A stretch of DNA of 32,000 bases from Pseudodesulfovibrio piezophilus C1TLV30. GTDB lineage: Bacteria; Desulfobacterota; Desulfovibrionia; Desulfovibrionales; Desulfovibrionaceae. The stretch covers positions 2,460,001 to 2,492,000 of the forward strand of contig NC_020409.1 in NCBI RefSeq assembly GCF_000341895.1. Direction: 5' to 3'. A program made the position numbers and the translations under genes. Of the stretch, positions 10,001 to 17,772 are shown piece by piece. Under the pieces are notes generated by a model. The model was not told the origin of the DNA. It ran no database searches and worked only from the letters and a program-made list of their open reading frames with translations. Position 1 is the first letter of the stretch. Each line of letters starts with the position of its first letter.

Positions 10001-11513
10001 GGTTATTCGTACCGGGATGCCCCATTTGGTAACAACCGGGAAAGTTCAGGCGAAGAGTGTTTATATCCCGGATAATTCGGCTGCATATGGTTTGGTTATA
10101 CGAAATCGGCAGGATATTCTTGATGCAAATGGGGTCGAGAACAAAGACATGATCGGTACGTGCTCCAGAGTCTGGCTCGGGGTTCCCCTGAAGATCAAGG
10201 GTGAAGTCGTGGGGGTGATGGCTGTTCAGTCCTATGACGACCCGGATCAATTCTCCTCCAAGGACGCGGCCATGATTATTTCGGTTTCAGAGCAGATAGC
10301 CTTGGCCATAGAGCGTAAGGGAAATGAGCGGGATCTTCTGAAGGCAAAGGAACTTGCCGAGGCGGCCAGTCAGTCGAAAAGTGAATTTCTTGCCAATATG
10401 AGCCATGAGGTGCGGACACCGTTGAATGGTGTTTTGGGTATGTTGCAACTCGCTCAGACAACTGACCTGACGGAAGAACAGCGGGATTATGTTGACACGG
10501 CCCTCAGTTCAGGGCGGAGCCTGCTTTCTATTATCAATGATATTCTGGATTTTTCAAAAATAGAGGCGGGTAAACTTGAAGTTGTGACCGAGCCATTTTC
10601 CTTTTCCCAGCTGGTGCAGGATGTTCTGATGACATTCAGAGGACAGGCCAGAAACAAGGGGATTGATCTGGTTCTCGACCTGCCTGATGAAATCCCCGAA
10701 CCTCTGGTAGGTGGCAAGGGCAGGTTGCGGCAGATCCTTTTCAATCTGGTTGGGAATGGCGTGAAATTTACCACTGACGGGCATGTCGGCATCTTTGCAC
10801 AGATCCTGCGGCAGAAAAGGGACGCGGGGACATTGTTGTTGCTCATCTGTGTCGAGGATACGGGTATCGGCATCCCTGACGACAAGATTGAAGATATCTT
10901 TGAGCCATTCACTCAGGTGGACGGATCATATGTCAGGCAACATCAGGGAACAGGATTGGGACTTGGTATCGTCAAACGATTGGTGGATCTTTTAAACGGC
11001 ACCTTGACCATAGATACGGAAGAGGGGCGTGGCACGGCCTTGTATTTGACCATGGAATTCGGGATCGAGTCCATGTCTTTGGCCGAGTCCCTTGGGAATT
11101 TCCCCGATAGAAGTTCGGGCAAGCGGTTCCTGGTTGTGGAAGATAATCGCGTGAATCGCATTCTTGCTGCGCGAATGCTCGCCAAATTGGGGCATGATTC
11201 CGACGTTGCCTGTGATGGATGGGAAGCATTGGAAAAATTGAAAAATGAGGATTTTGACGCCGTATTCATGGATATTCAAATGCCTGGTATGGATGGTGTC
11301 GCAACGACAAGCAGAATCCGGGCGGCCAAGCCCGGTTCAGGAATTAATCCCGAGATTCCCATTGTTGCCATGACTGCTCACGCAATGCTTGGGGATAGGG
11401 AAGTGTTCATTGATAGTGGTATGGATGAGTATATTGCCAAGCCCGTGGAACTGGATGAGATAAGTTCAACCATCGCTCGCCTGTTCACCAGGAAGGGGAA
11501 GTCAATTCAATAA
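7056..11513 (+). CDS. hybrid sensor histidine kinase/response regulator: N-terminal REC, coiled coil, about 6 PAS, GAF, HisKA, HATPase_c, C-terminal REC (no Hpt)
   Basis: The ORF opens at GTG 7047 and the first ATG is at 7056. Supporting motifs are an N-terminal receiver ([10 protein letters not shown]...[12 protein letters not shown]), the H-box [19 protein letters not shown], the G-box [18 protein letters not shown] and a second receiver ([10 protein letters not shown]...[12 protein letters not shown]...KP). A GAF-like segment lies before the H-box. Confidence 0.93.
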   Translation: MGDKARGVYRVSSSQVLVIDDNPTFRALVQVHLAKKGYDVVEADSGPEGIELFMHNLPDVVLVDLRMPEMDGHEVLVDLAGRSAEIPLIVITGDSQIEDAIKALRNGAWDFVTKGEDFLSELDSALTKGLERSESVARERKRLDREIAERRKAEAALKGQLEFIQTVIDAVPNQIFYKGRDGVYLGCNKAFEDLVGLSAGEIIGKRVQDIAPPGERDMYVRKDEELYFGTKNQEFEQRTRFGGVVRDILVRKALFRDLEGQPNGIVGVLSDITRQKESQQELRASKERFRSLLESSPLPIIIADIEDGSCVYVNHRGAEYFGVDPTEAVGMSTMTFYPDHALWERLKAGVLQNGILSDEEVEVRRFDGTHLWTLASASSMELDGNRVMSISFSDLTERKDLEEAMEKFKFIANASHDMMTLSNREFLYEAANQAYLDQHGKSEEAILGHSMTDVWGEESFTKGIQPYFTQCLSGTAVKYEARFSFSGKSPRDYEVSMYPYFGSDGQVSHVATVSKDITEALEAKAEILESREHFRTIFESSLDPIVLFDSRLHVFGMNTSAIAKFGFNQQAVMGHDMRKFFVSTPDFVLFRKTVMPILESQGAWMGDWTFANSAKMAIPTETTISAIPPRADGEERGYVAIVRDISPRIRAENERRETEERYRAVFESSGAATILVDEEGIVTKANQRFLDLFEAPASDIEGRIHWNEFVADEDKKFMEQRKETLVRAPGHISRYEFRFMSLSGELRHVFLEASVLPGTDQSIVSITDITDRKRDENRLREALDEMEAIQQNTIVGIGLFLDDKIVRINKRGAEIFGYEPKDILGRSPSAFFLSERSYMSFRRRCVYNLIVHGAFQSERSFRRVDATWIWVHLYAQPVDRTDLRKGVIWTILDISERRHNEIVANMLYQISNAVSSTSDLHEFYERIHAILSRTINATNFFIALLDKDQQMLEFSYFEDEKDDLKGHVLDLRQHGKKSLSAEVIRTGMPHLVTTGKVQAKSVYIPDNSAAYGLVIRNRQDILDANGVENKDMIGTCSRVWLGVPLKIKGEVVGVMAVQSYDDPDQFSSKDAAMIISVSEQIALAIERKGNERDLLKAKELAEAASQSKSEFLANMSHEVRTPLNGVLGMLQLAQTTDLTEEQRDYVDTALSSGRSLLSIINDILDFSKIEAGKLEVVTEPFSFSQLVQDVLMTFRGQARNKGIDLVLDLPDEIPEPLVGGKGRLRQILFNLVGNGVKFTTDGHVGIFAQILRQKRDAGTLLLLICVEDTGIGIPDDKIEDIFEPFTQVDGSYVRQHQGTGLGLGIVKRLVDLLNGTLTIDTEEGRGTALYLTMEFGIESMSLAESLGNFPDRSSGKRFLVVEDNRVNRILAARMLAKLGHDSDVACDGWEALEKLKNEDFDAVFMDIQMPGMDGVATTSRIRAAKPGSGINPEIPIVAMTAHAMLGDREVFIDSGMDEYIAKPVELDEISSTIARLFTRKGKSIQ

Positions 11514-11639
11514 GAGGGAGAAAGCAAAGAAGCCTGAACTGCTTTCTTCAACATATCCTCCTTGTTGAGTGGGAAATGGTTTGGTGCCAAAACGTGAGAC
11601 TGTTATCTTCACTTAACAATCTAGAAAATATCTCCATTT

Positions 11640-11667
11640 TTGCTAGCCTTCACAGGTTGATTATTAT
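11640..11667 (+). promoter_or_regulatory. candidate sigma70-type promoter, TTGCTA-N16-TATTAT
   Basis: The -35 element matches the consensus at 4/6 positions and the -10 at 5/6, with a 16-nt spacer. The implied transcription start is near 11674. That would make the downstream HD-GYP gene nearly leaderless, starting at ATG 11679 rather than GTG 11670. Confidence 0.25.
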
Positions 11668-11669
11668 AT

Positions 11670-12659
11670 GTGAAGGAGATGGATACAAATACTCGAGCCG
11701 CCCGGCCCGTATCCTATTTTCCCGTCTCTCCGGTCATGTTGTTCCCGGAGGCTCTAGGGGACTTTGCAGTCTACCTCTGGCAAGGAGGGGACTTTGTCCT
11801 TTACACCCAATCGGGTCAGCAGTTCACTCTCCGTCATCGCCAGATACTCCACCAGAATGATGTCAAGGAAATCTACATTCAAAGCTCGGAAAAACCTGAG
11901 TATGAACGGTATATAGAGCAGAATCTGGGGAAGATTCTACTTGATGAAACACTTCCCATCGAAGTTCGATCAAAAGTTTTTTATGAAGCATCCGCTGTCG
12001 TCATGCAGGATGTTTTTGACCGCAAGCTTCCGAGCGCTCTGCGGGCGAGGCATTTCGACCGGATTACGGATATAGTCAAGAACTCCATCTCGTTTTTGGC
12101 TTCAGACAACTCCCTTTCAGCAATCGCTCCTTTTATTTCACATGATTACAAGACATATACGCACTGCATGCATGTCTTCATCTATTCGGTTGCCGTTTTT
12201 CAGAGTTATGACATGACTGACAGTGAAGTGTTTGAATGTGGTCTTGGCGCACTGCTTCATGATGTCGGCAAGGCCAAGATTCCCCGGCGTATTCTCAACA
12301 AGCGAGGCTCTCTGACCCAGGCCGAACGTGAGATCGTCAAGGAACACCCGATTCATGGGGTCTCCATGTGTGCCCATCTGCCCATGACTCAGAACACGAT
12401 CAACTGTATTCTTTTCCATCATGAGAAACTCGATGGTACAGGATATCCCGCAGGGCTGAAAAGCGATAATATTCCCATGCCGGTACGGATAATTTCCTTG
12501 GCCGATGTCTATGATGCCCTGACCACGGAACGCCCCTATGCCGAAGGCATGGAACCTTATGAAGCCTTGACGCTGATGAGGCATGACATGCGGGATGCCT
12601 TGGATATGAACGTCTTCAAGCAATTCGTGGCTGTTTTAAGCGGTGCGGATCTTCTCTGA
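11670..12659 (+). CDS. HD-GYP domain cyclic-di-GMP phosphodiesterase with intact motifs
   Basis: The motifs THCMHV...LLHDVGKAKIP...EHPIHG...FHHEKLDGTGYPAGL...LADVYDALTTERPY are all present. The start is uncertain: GTG 11670 or ATG 11679. Confidence 0.88.
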   Translation: MKEMDTNTRAARPVSYFPVSPVMLFPEALGDFAVYLWQGGDFVLYTQSGQQFTLRHRQILHQNDVKEIYIQSSEKPEYERYIEQNLGKILLDETLPIEVRSKVFYEASAVVMQDVFDRKLPSALRARHFDRITDIVKNSISFLASDNSLSAIAPFISHDYKTYTHCMHVFIYSVAVFQSYDMTDSEVFECGLGALLHDVGKAKIPRRILNKRGSLTQAEREIVKEHPIHGVSMCAHLPMTQNTINCILFHHEKLDGTGYPAGLKSDNIPMPVRIISLADVYDALTTERPYAEGMEPYEALTLMRHDMRDALDMNVFKQFVAVLSGADLL

Positions 12660-12845
12660 TCTTTCGAAATATTCTCGTATTCCAGCTCAATGATTTTCTA
12701 TCTTTTTTGGTGGTTTCCCTGCACTTTCTGGAGGTGTGTGTCTCGCGTGCCTGATCTCTTGTTTTGAGAGGGGGCGGAGACTGTATGGTTTCATATGGCC
12801 TTCCGGGTTTTTTCAAATGAGAATGCGTGGGAATGCAAAAAGGAA

Positions 12846-12878
12846 AGCCCCGGACAGAGAACTGTCCGGGGCTTTTGT
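12846..12878. terminator. bidirectional rho-independent terminator between the convergent HD-GYP gene and proX
   Basis: A perfect 12-bp stem pairs AGCCCCGGACAG (12846-12857) with CTGTCCGGGGCT (12862-12873) around a 4-nt loop. TTTT follows on the plus strand, and an A-rich run on the left side gives a U-tract on the minus strand. Confidence 0.8.
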
Positions 12879-12895
12879 CTTCATACTGTGGAAGT

Positions 12896-13924
12896 TTACT
12901 CAGCAGCTTGGCGGGCGGCTTTTATCCAACCTTCCCAGGTTGCCTTGTTCTTGGCGATCCATTCGTCTGCGTGGCGGGCGATGTCCTTGTCGGATTTTTC
13001 ACCCTGATTCATCTTGGTGTTCTGTTCGCTGATATCGACCAGCGGCAGGGTAAAGAGCTCGAGGAATTTCGCAGCAGCGGGGTTCTTGGCGAGGAATTTC
13101 TTGTTGGCCACGACACGAATATCGGAGACGACAAAGCCTGCCTTGAGCGGATTGGACACGGCACCGACAACATCGGAAGCTGTCATGCGGTCCTTGGCTC
13201 CGGCCTGTGCTTCAGTCGGGTTGATCTCAGGGACATTGATCCACATGACGTCTTTGCCGGGCTTGAATTTGAAGATAGTCCAGTTTGGGGTCCAGGTATA
13301 AAAGAAGACGGGCTTGCCGGATTTGTAGTTACCCAGGGCAGAAGCCATTCCTGCTTCGTAGGCGGCCTTGACCGGGTTGATGTGGTCTTTCAGGTCATAG
13401 ACCTTCATATGGTGGGAAATGACCTTTTCGCATCCCCATCCTGGAGGGCAGGCAGTCAGATCAGCTTTGCCGTCGCCGTTGGTATCAAATGCTTTTTGGA
13501 CCTCAGGGCGCTTGAAGTCATCAAGGGATTTGATGTTGTATTTTTCCACTTCGCGTTTGGAAACAAGATATCCCTGAAGGCCACCGGCCTTGGCGACGTA
13601 CCCGATTTTCTGTGCGTATTTATCAAAGTTCTTTGGCAACTGGGCATCGTGCATGGGGAACCAGCCGTTCGCCCAGTAGTCGAGGTCGCCCATGGTTACG
13701 GATTTGTAGAAGATGGGGTTGGCGAGGTCTTTGACCTTGGCAACTTTGTATCCCAGTTCTTCCATTCCCTTACGAATGAGGACTTCCTGAAAGAAGCCAG
13801 TGTTCCAGGTTGCACGGGCCGGGCGCAGGGTGACACCTTCTCCCGGTGTCATGTTCATTGCCATTGCAGTGGTCGCGAGCATGAGGATGCAGAGTGCCGC
13901 GAGGGTGGTTTTCATCAGTTTCAT
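12896..13924 (-). CDS. proX: glycine betaine/proline betaine ABC transporter substrate-binding protein
   Basis: The protein begins with the signal peptide MKLMKTTLAALCILMLATTAMA and resembles ProX along its length (DLDYWANGWFPMH, GYLVSK, FFYTWTPNW). AAGGAGG lies upstream of the start. Confidence 0.92.
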   Translation of the reverse strand: MKLMKTTLAALCILMLATTAMAMNMTPGEGVTLRPARATWNTGFFQEVLIRKGMEELGYKVAKVKDLANPIFYKSVTMGDLDYWANGWFPMHDAQLPKNFDKYAQKIGYVAKAGGLQGYLVSKREVEKYNIKSLDDFKRPEVQKAFDTNGDGKADLTACPPGWGCEKVISHHMKVYDLKDHINPVKAAYEAGMASALGNYKSGKPVFFYTWTPNWTIFKFKPGKDVMWINVPEINPTEAQAGAKDRMTASDVVGAVSNPLKAGFVVSDIRVVANKKFLAKNPAAAKFLELFTLPLVDISEQNTKMNQGEKSDKDIARHADEWIAKNKATWEGWIKAARQAAE

Positions 13925-13945
13925 GGAACCTCCTTAGATTCTTAT

Positions 13946-14776
13946 TTACTGTTTTTTAGCCATGGATTGGGTGATGCGGTCGAGAACAATGGCCATGAGC
14001 ACAATGCCGAGACCGCCAACGACGGCGCGACCGATATCAAGGGTGTTCAGACCGTAGATGACGGGTGATCCGAGACCGCCTGCACCGATGAGGGCGGCGA
14101 TAACGACCATGGAAAGAGCCATCATGATGGTCTGGTTCAGCCCGGCCAGGATAGTGGGCAGGGCCAGGGGAATCTGGACTTTGACCAGAACCTGCCAGCG
14201 GGTCGCTCCAAAGGCCTGTGCAGCTTCGATGAGTTCGGGATGGACTCCCCGAATGCCAAGGCTGGTCAATCGGATGATCGGTGGCAGGGCAAAGATGATC
14301 GTTGCCAGGACACCCGCGACGTTACCGACGGAGAAAAGCATGACAATGGGCACCAGGTAAACGAAAGCCGGGGTCGTCTGCATGGCGTCCATGACAGGGC
14401 GTAGTCCCGTCTGAAAGGTGTCGCTCCGGCCGGCCATGATGCCGAGCGGGACACCGAAAAGAGTACAGATGATTACGGATGAGAGGACCATCGCCAGGGT
14501 GATCATGGTTTCTTCCCACAGGCCAAGACAGCCGATGAGGACCATGGAGAGAATGGAAAACAGGGCCAGTCGTTTGCCGGAATACTTCCATGCGGCAAAG
14601 CCGATGACGGCGATGACGATGACAGGATGCAGGGCAGTGAGGCCATGCTCGAAACCGTTGAGAAGTTGTTCAACGGGCCATTTGAGAGTCTGGAAGAATT
14701 CCCGGTAGTTGTCCACCAGCCATTCCACGAAGACCGACACCCATTGATCCATGGGTATGATTGCATCTTCAAACAT
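13946..14776 (-). CDS. proW: glycine betaine/proline ABC transporter permease
   Basis: This is a multi-TM protein with the EAA-type loop IEAAQAFGATRWQVLVKVQIPLALPTI. Its start overlaps the proV stop (TAATG). Confidence 0.93.
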   Translation of the reverse strand: MFEDAIIPMDQWVSVFVEWLVDNYREFFQTLKWPVEQLLNGFEHGLTALHPVIVIAVIGFAAWKYSGKRLALFSILSMVLIGCLGLWEETMITLAMVLSSVIICTLFGVPLGIMAGRSDTFQTGLRPVMDAMQTTPAFVYLVPIVMLFSVGNVAGVLATIIFALPPIIRLTSLGIRGVHPELIEAAQAFGATRWQVLVKVQIPLALPTILAGLNQTIMMALSMVVIAALIGAGGLGSPVIYGLNTLDIGRAVVGGLGIVLMAIVLDRITQSMAKKQ

Positions 14777-15996
14777 TATTCATTCACTCCGGTTTCAAGA
14801 TTGACTTCCGTTTTGTGGAGTATTCTGAGGAAGCGGTTTTTGGAGACCACTCCTTTATAAACATCATTTTCATCGACCACCGGGACGGGCCAGGACGCCT
14901 CGGCTACTTTGGGGAGAATGTCCTGCATGGAATCTTCCATCCGTACCGCAGTTCCTTCCGGAAGAAATGCCTGGCTGATGGGAGAGTTGGGGATCCCGGC
15001 TTCAAGGGCATTTCTGATACCTTCTGAAGAGATGACGCCGAGGAAGCGGTGGCGGGCGTCGAGGACATATCCATGTTCACGCTCGCTGCCACTGAGAATT
15101 TCGTGCGCGGTGCGCAGGCTTCCCTGTTTGGTGACGATGATTGTCGGGTGGGTATCGCGTGCAATATCCGCCGCGCTGATGACATTGGTCGGGTCCACGC
15201 CACGGAAAAAGGCTCGCACGTAGTCGTTGGCCGGATTTTGGAGGATTTCATCCGGGGTGCCGACCTGGACAACATTGCCGCCTTCCATGATGGCGATACG
15301 ATCGCCGATGCGCAGGGCCTCATCAAGGTCATGTGATATAAAGACGATGGTGCGTTGCTGTTCTTCCTGGAGTTTCAGCAGTTCATCCTGCATTTCAGTG
15401 CGAATAAGTGGATCGAGGGCTGAAAAGGCTTCATCCATAAGCAGGATGTCCGGGTCCACGGCGAGGCCGCGCGCCAGGCCGACACGCTGTTGCATGCCGC
15501 CACTGAGTTGGTCAGGGTACTGGTTTTCCCAACCAGTCAGGCCAACCTGTTCCAGGGCTTCCAGAGCGCGTTCATGGCGCTGGGCCTTTTCTATACCTGC
15601 CAATTCCAGGCCGAAAGCGGCATTGTCCAAAACGGTCTGGTGCGGCATGAGGGCGAAGGACTGGAAGACCATGCTCATGTTATGCAAGCGGAATTTGACC
15701 AGCTCATCGTTGTTCATGGCCGTGACGTCCTGACCATCGACTATGACACGTCCGGCAGTCGGCTCAATGAGTCGATTGAGCATCCGCACAATGGTCGATT
15801 TTCCTGAGCCGGAAAGGCCCATGATGACAAAAATCTCGCCCGCTTCAATGGAGAAGCTGGCATCACAGACGCCGACGGTCATGCCGGTTTCCTCCAAAAC
15901 GGATTTCTTGTCATGGCCGTTTTGAAGCATTTTGAGTCCCTTGGCAGGCTTGCTGCCAAAGATCTTGTAAAGGTTTTCTACACGAATCTTTTCCAT
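14776..15996 (-). CDS. proV: glycine betaine/proline ABC transporter ATP-binding protein with a C-terminal CBS pair
   Basis: Supporting motifs are Walker A GLSGSGKST, signature LSGGMQQRVGLARGL and Walker B ILLMDEAFSALD. The CBS-like C-terminal half is typical of ProV/OpuAA. Confidence 0.94.
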   Translation of the reverse strand: MEKIRVENLYKIFGSKPAKGLKMLQNGHDKKSVLEETGMTVGVCDASFSIEAGEIFVIMGLSGSGKSTIVRMLNRLIEPTAGRVIVDGQDVTAMNNDELVKFRLHNMSMVFQSFALMPHQTVLDNAAFGLELAGIEKAQRHERALEALEQVGLTGWENQYPDQLSGGMQQRVGLARGLAVDPDILLMDEAFSALDPLIRTEMQDELLKLQEEQQRTIVFISHDLDEALRIGDRIAIMEGGNVVQVGTPDEILQNPANDYVRAFFRGVDPTNVISAADIARDTHPTIIVTKQGSLRTAHEILSGSEREHGYVLDARHRFLGVISSEGIRNALEAGIPNSPISQAFLPEGTAVRMEDSMQDILPKVAEASWPVPVVDENDVYKGVVSKNRFLRILHKTEVNLETGVNE

Positions 15997-16013
15997 GGTA
16001 TCTCCATAGGATA

Positions 16014-16043
16014 TTATAAAAACCGCCTCCGTAACACGGGGCG
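16014..16043 (-). terminator. terminator-like hairpin plus U-tract about 18 nt upstream of the proV start codon: either a leader attenuator or the end of an unannotated minus-strand transcript
   Basis: The minus strand reads CGCCCCG-TGTTA-CGGAGGCG followed by GTTTTTATAAT. That is a 7-bp GC-rich stem with one bulged A and a 5-nt loop. The proV SD (GGAGA) and ATG follow immediately. Confidence 0.4.
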
Positions 16044-16661
16044 TAAGTCAAAGGCGTGGGCAGAGAGGAGGAAGTCAGGAGGGAGGAACCCGCTTTCGCA
16101 GGCCACAAGGGAGGGTATTGCGGGATTGCCCGGAAAATGATGTTACTATTTTTCTTATGTGATAGAGAGTAGGTAAAGGCATATTATAATGTAGTGAAGA
16201 AAAGTAACAATGAAAACCGTAGAAATGGCAGTCAATACTGTAGTGTTTCCCTTTAGTAGTACGTATTTGTATTGACTATGAGTCCGTTGTTTCTTTTCTA
16301 ATGCGAATTCTGCGCAGTCGTCTCAAAATTGGAGCAGGAGTCTCCAGGCAGTTCATTAAAATGTAACTCGCGATTGTAAGGATAGATAAAATGCCAGTCC
16401 CTGTCAAATGAGCTCTTATGTGACAGAAAAACAACGAAAATCATAACACAGATTTGTGAAATGCATACTCTTGAGGTTCTGAGGATATGACGTGGTCCGA
16501 CACGGGCAGGATTTCTTCTCCCGCCAGTGTTTTTTCATGGGTGAAGAGCCTGCCTGTGTCGCATGAGTTTATCGTAATGAAATAACACTTTACCATAAAG
16601 GTTTCCATATTATATGGATGGATGAGATACAGTCTGTTGGGACTCGGAAAAGGGAACCGTT

Positions 16662-17726
16662 TTGAGAGGGAGTATTGCATTGAAAACCTGTGAAGACGTT
16701 CGGAATATGAAAGGCCTCCTCGATCGTTTTGGTATTGGCAATGACCCGGATTGGATATCCATAGTCCTCTTCGTGCGCAATCTGTTGAGTCGGCTTTCTA
16801 TCTATACAGATGACAAGAAAGCGGAAATTCAACGGGAAATTTTTGGAGAACTGGCCAAGAAAGATTTTTCGGAGGAGCATTTCGAAGTCGTGCTCGCCAT
16901 GCTTGATATGTACGTCATGCAGACGATCGGTGCTCAGGATCTAGAGGATGCCCTGACCAGGGAAAAACGATCCGCCTCTCAATTGTTGAATGAAATGAAT
17001 GAGGTCATCGATACCATGAATGGGTCCAGCGAGCGACAGAATCGCAAGCTCGACGCTTTTAAAGAGCAGACTGTGGGGGTTATCGAGTCCGGTGAAGATC
17101 AGTCCGTCATCGTTGCCAAGGTTCGACAGATGTTTCAGGAATTGATCGTTGAATTCAAAGAAGAAGCCAAGCTGCTGCAATCGCGGGCTTTAATGCTTGA
17201 ACGGTCGGCAAATTTTGATCCCCTTTTGACAGAGCTGCATAATCGGCGCGCTTTTGATGCCTTTTTGAATGATGCCATCCTGGCTCAACGCAAAAAGCCC
17301 GGCTCCCTCTGCCTCCTGATGATTGATGTCGATCTCTTTAAAAATGTCAATGACACGTATGGGCATCAGGCAGGTGATGATGTTTTGCGGGCCCTGGCCC
17401 GAATTCTAACGGCTCATGTCATCCAATACAACGGATTCCCGGCGCGATACGGAGGTGAAGAATTGGTGGTGGTCATTCAGGATATGCCCCTGGATATCGC
17501 CGTTCTCAAGGCTGAAGCATTGCGAACCAATGTCGAGCAGTATGGGTTTCGCATCCGTAATGAGGGGCGGCTGACTGAAGCCGAAGTCTCATGTACTGTT
17601 TCCATTGGGGTTGCCCAGTGGCAGAAAGGGTGGGATGCAGGGCAACTTGTTCGTGCGGCGGACACCGCACTCTATCGAGCCAAGGATTCCGGGCGTAATC
17701 AGGTCTGCACTGCGAGGCCTTCATAA
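16662..17726 (+). CDS. cytoplasmic diguanylate cyclase (GGDEF domain, active site GGEEL) with a helical/coiled-coil N-terminal region of about 170 aa
   Basis: Supporting motifs are RRAFDAFL...LLMIDVDLFKNVNDTYGHQAGDDVL...ARYGGEELVVV (GGEEL at nt 17451-17465)...RAADTALYRAKDSGRNQV. There is no TM segment, and I see no RxxD I-site just upstream of GGEEL. The start is either TTG 16662 or ATG 16707. Confidence 0.88.
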   Translation: MRGSIALKTCEDVRNMKGLLDRFGIGNDPDWISIVLFVRNLLSRLSIYTDDKKAEIQREIFGELAKKDFSEEHFEVVLAMLDMYVMQTIGAQDLEDALTREKRSASQLLNEMNEVIDTMNGSSERQNRKLDAFKEQTVGVIESGEDQSVIVAKVRQMFQELIVEFKEEAKLLQSRALMLERSANFDPLLTELHNRRAFDAFLNDAILAQRKKPGSLCLLMIDVDLFKNVNDTYGHQAGDDVLRALARILTAHVIQYNGFPARYGGEELVVVIQDMPLDIAVLKAEALRTNVEQYGFRIRNEGRLTEAEVSCTVSIGVAQWQKGWDAGQLVRAADTALYRAKDSGRNQVCTARPS

Positions 17727-17772
17727 AAAAGGGACTGTACTGGATTCTCCCGGAGAGGTACACTGTGAGGCA

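Noticed and set aside
11519-11548. A possible terminator after kinase 2 (AGAAAGCA ... TGCTTTCT).
   Set aside because: The stem is only 8 bp with a 13-nt loop and no following T-tract. That is too weak to call.
12827-14068. A 413-aa plus-strand ORF overlapping proX and proW.
   Set aside because: It lies antisense to two genes with unambiguous ProX and ProW sequences. Its product is Gly/Val/Asp-rich with no motifs. It is a shadow ORF.
16023-16140. The idea that the G-rich plus strand or C-rich minus strand upstream of proV is a c-di-AMP (ydaO/kimA-type) or glycine riboswitch. The idea was attractive because of the osmoprotectant transporter and the nearby DAC-fold gene.
   Set aside because: I could not find the conserved cores I remember for those classes, for example the ACCCGAAUCCG..CAGCUAACCUCGUAAGC-like segment of ydaO or the paired GGAGAG...CACCG..GGGCAA units of glycine aptamers. 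I keep it only as a generic structured-leader finding pending cmscan.
16441-16680. A 79-aa minus-strand ORF in the proV / GGDEF intergenic region.
   Set aside because: It has no SD, no motif and odd composition. It overlaps the probable 5' region of the GGDEF gene and the hairpin at 16499-16560. It is more likely non-coding.
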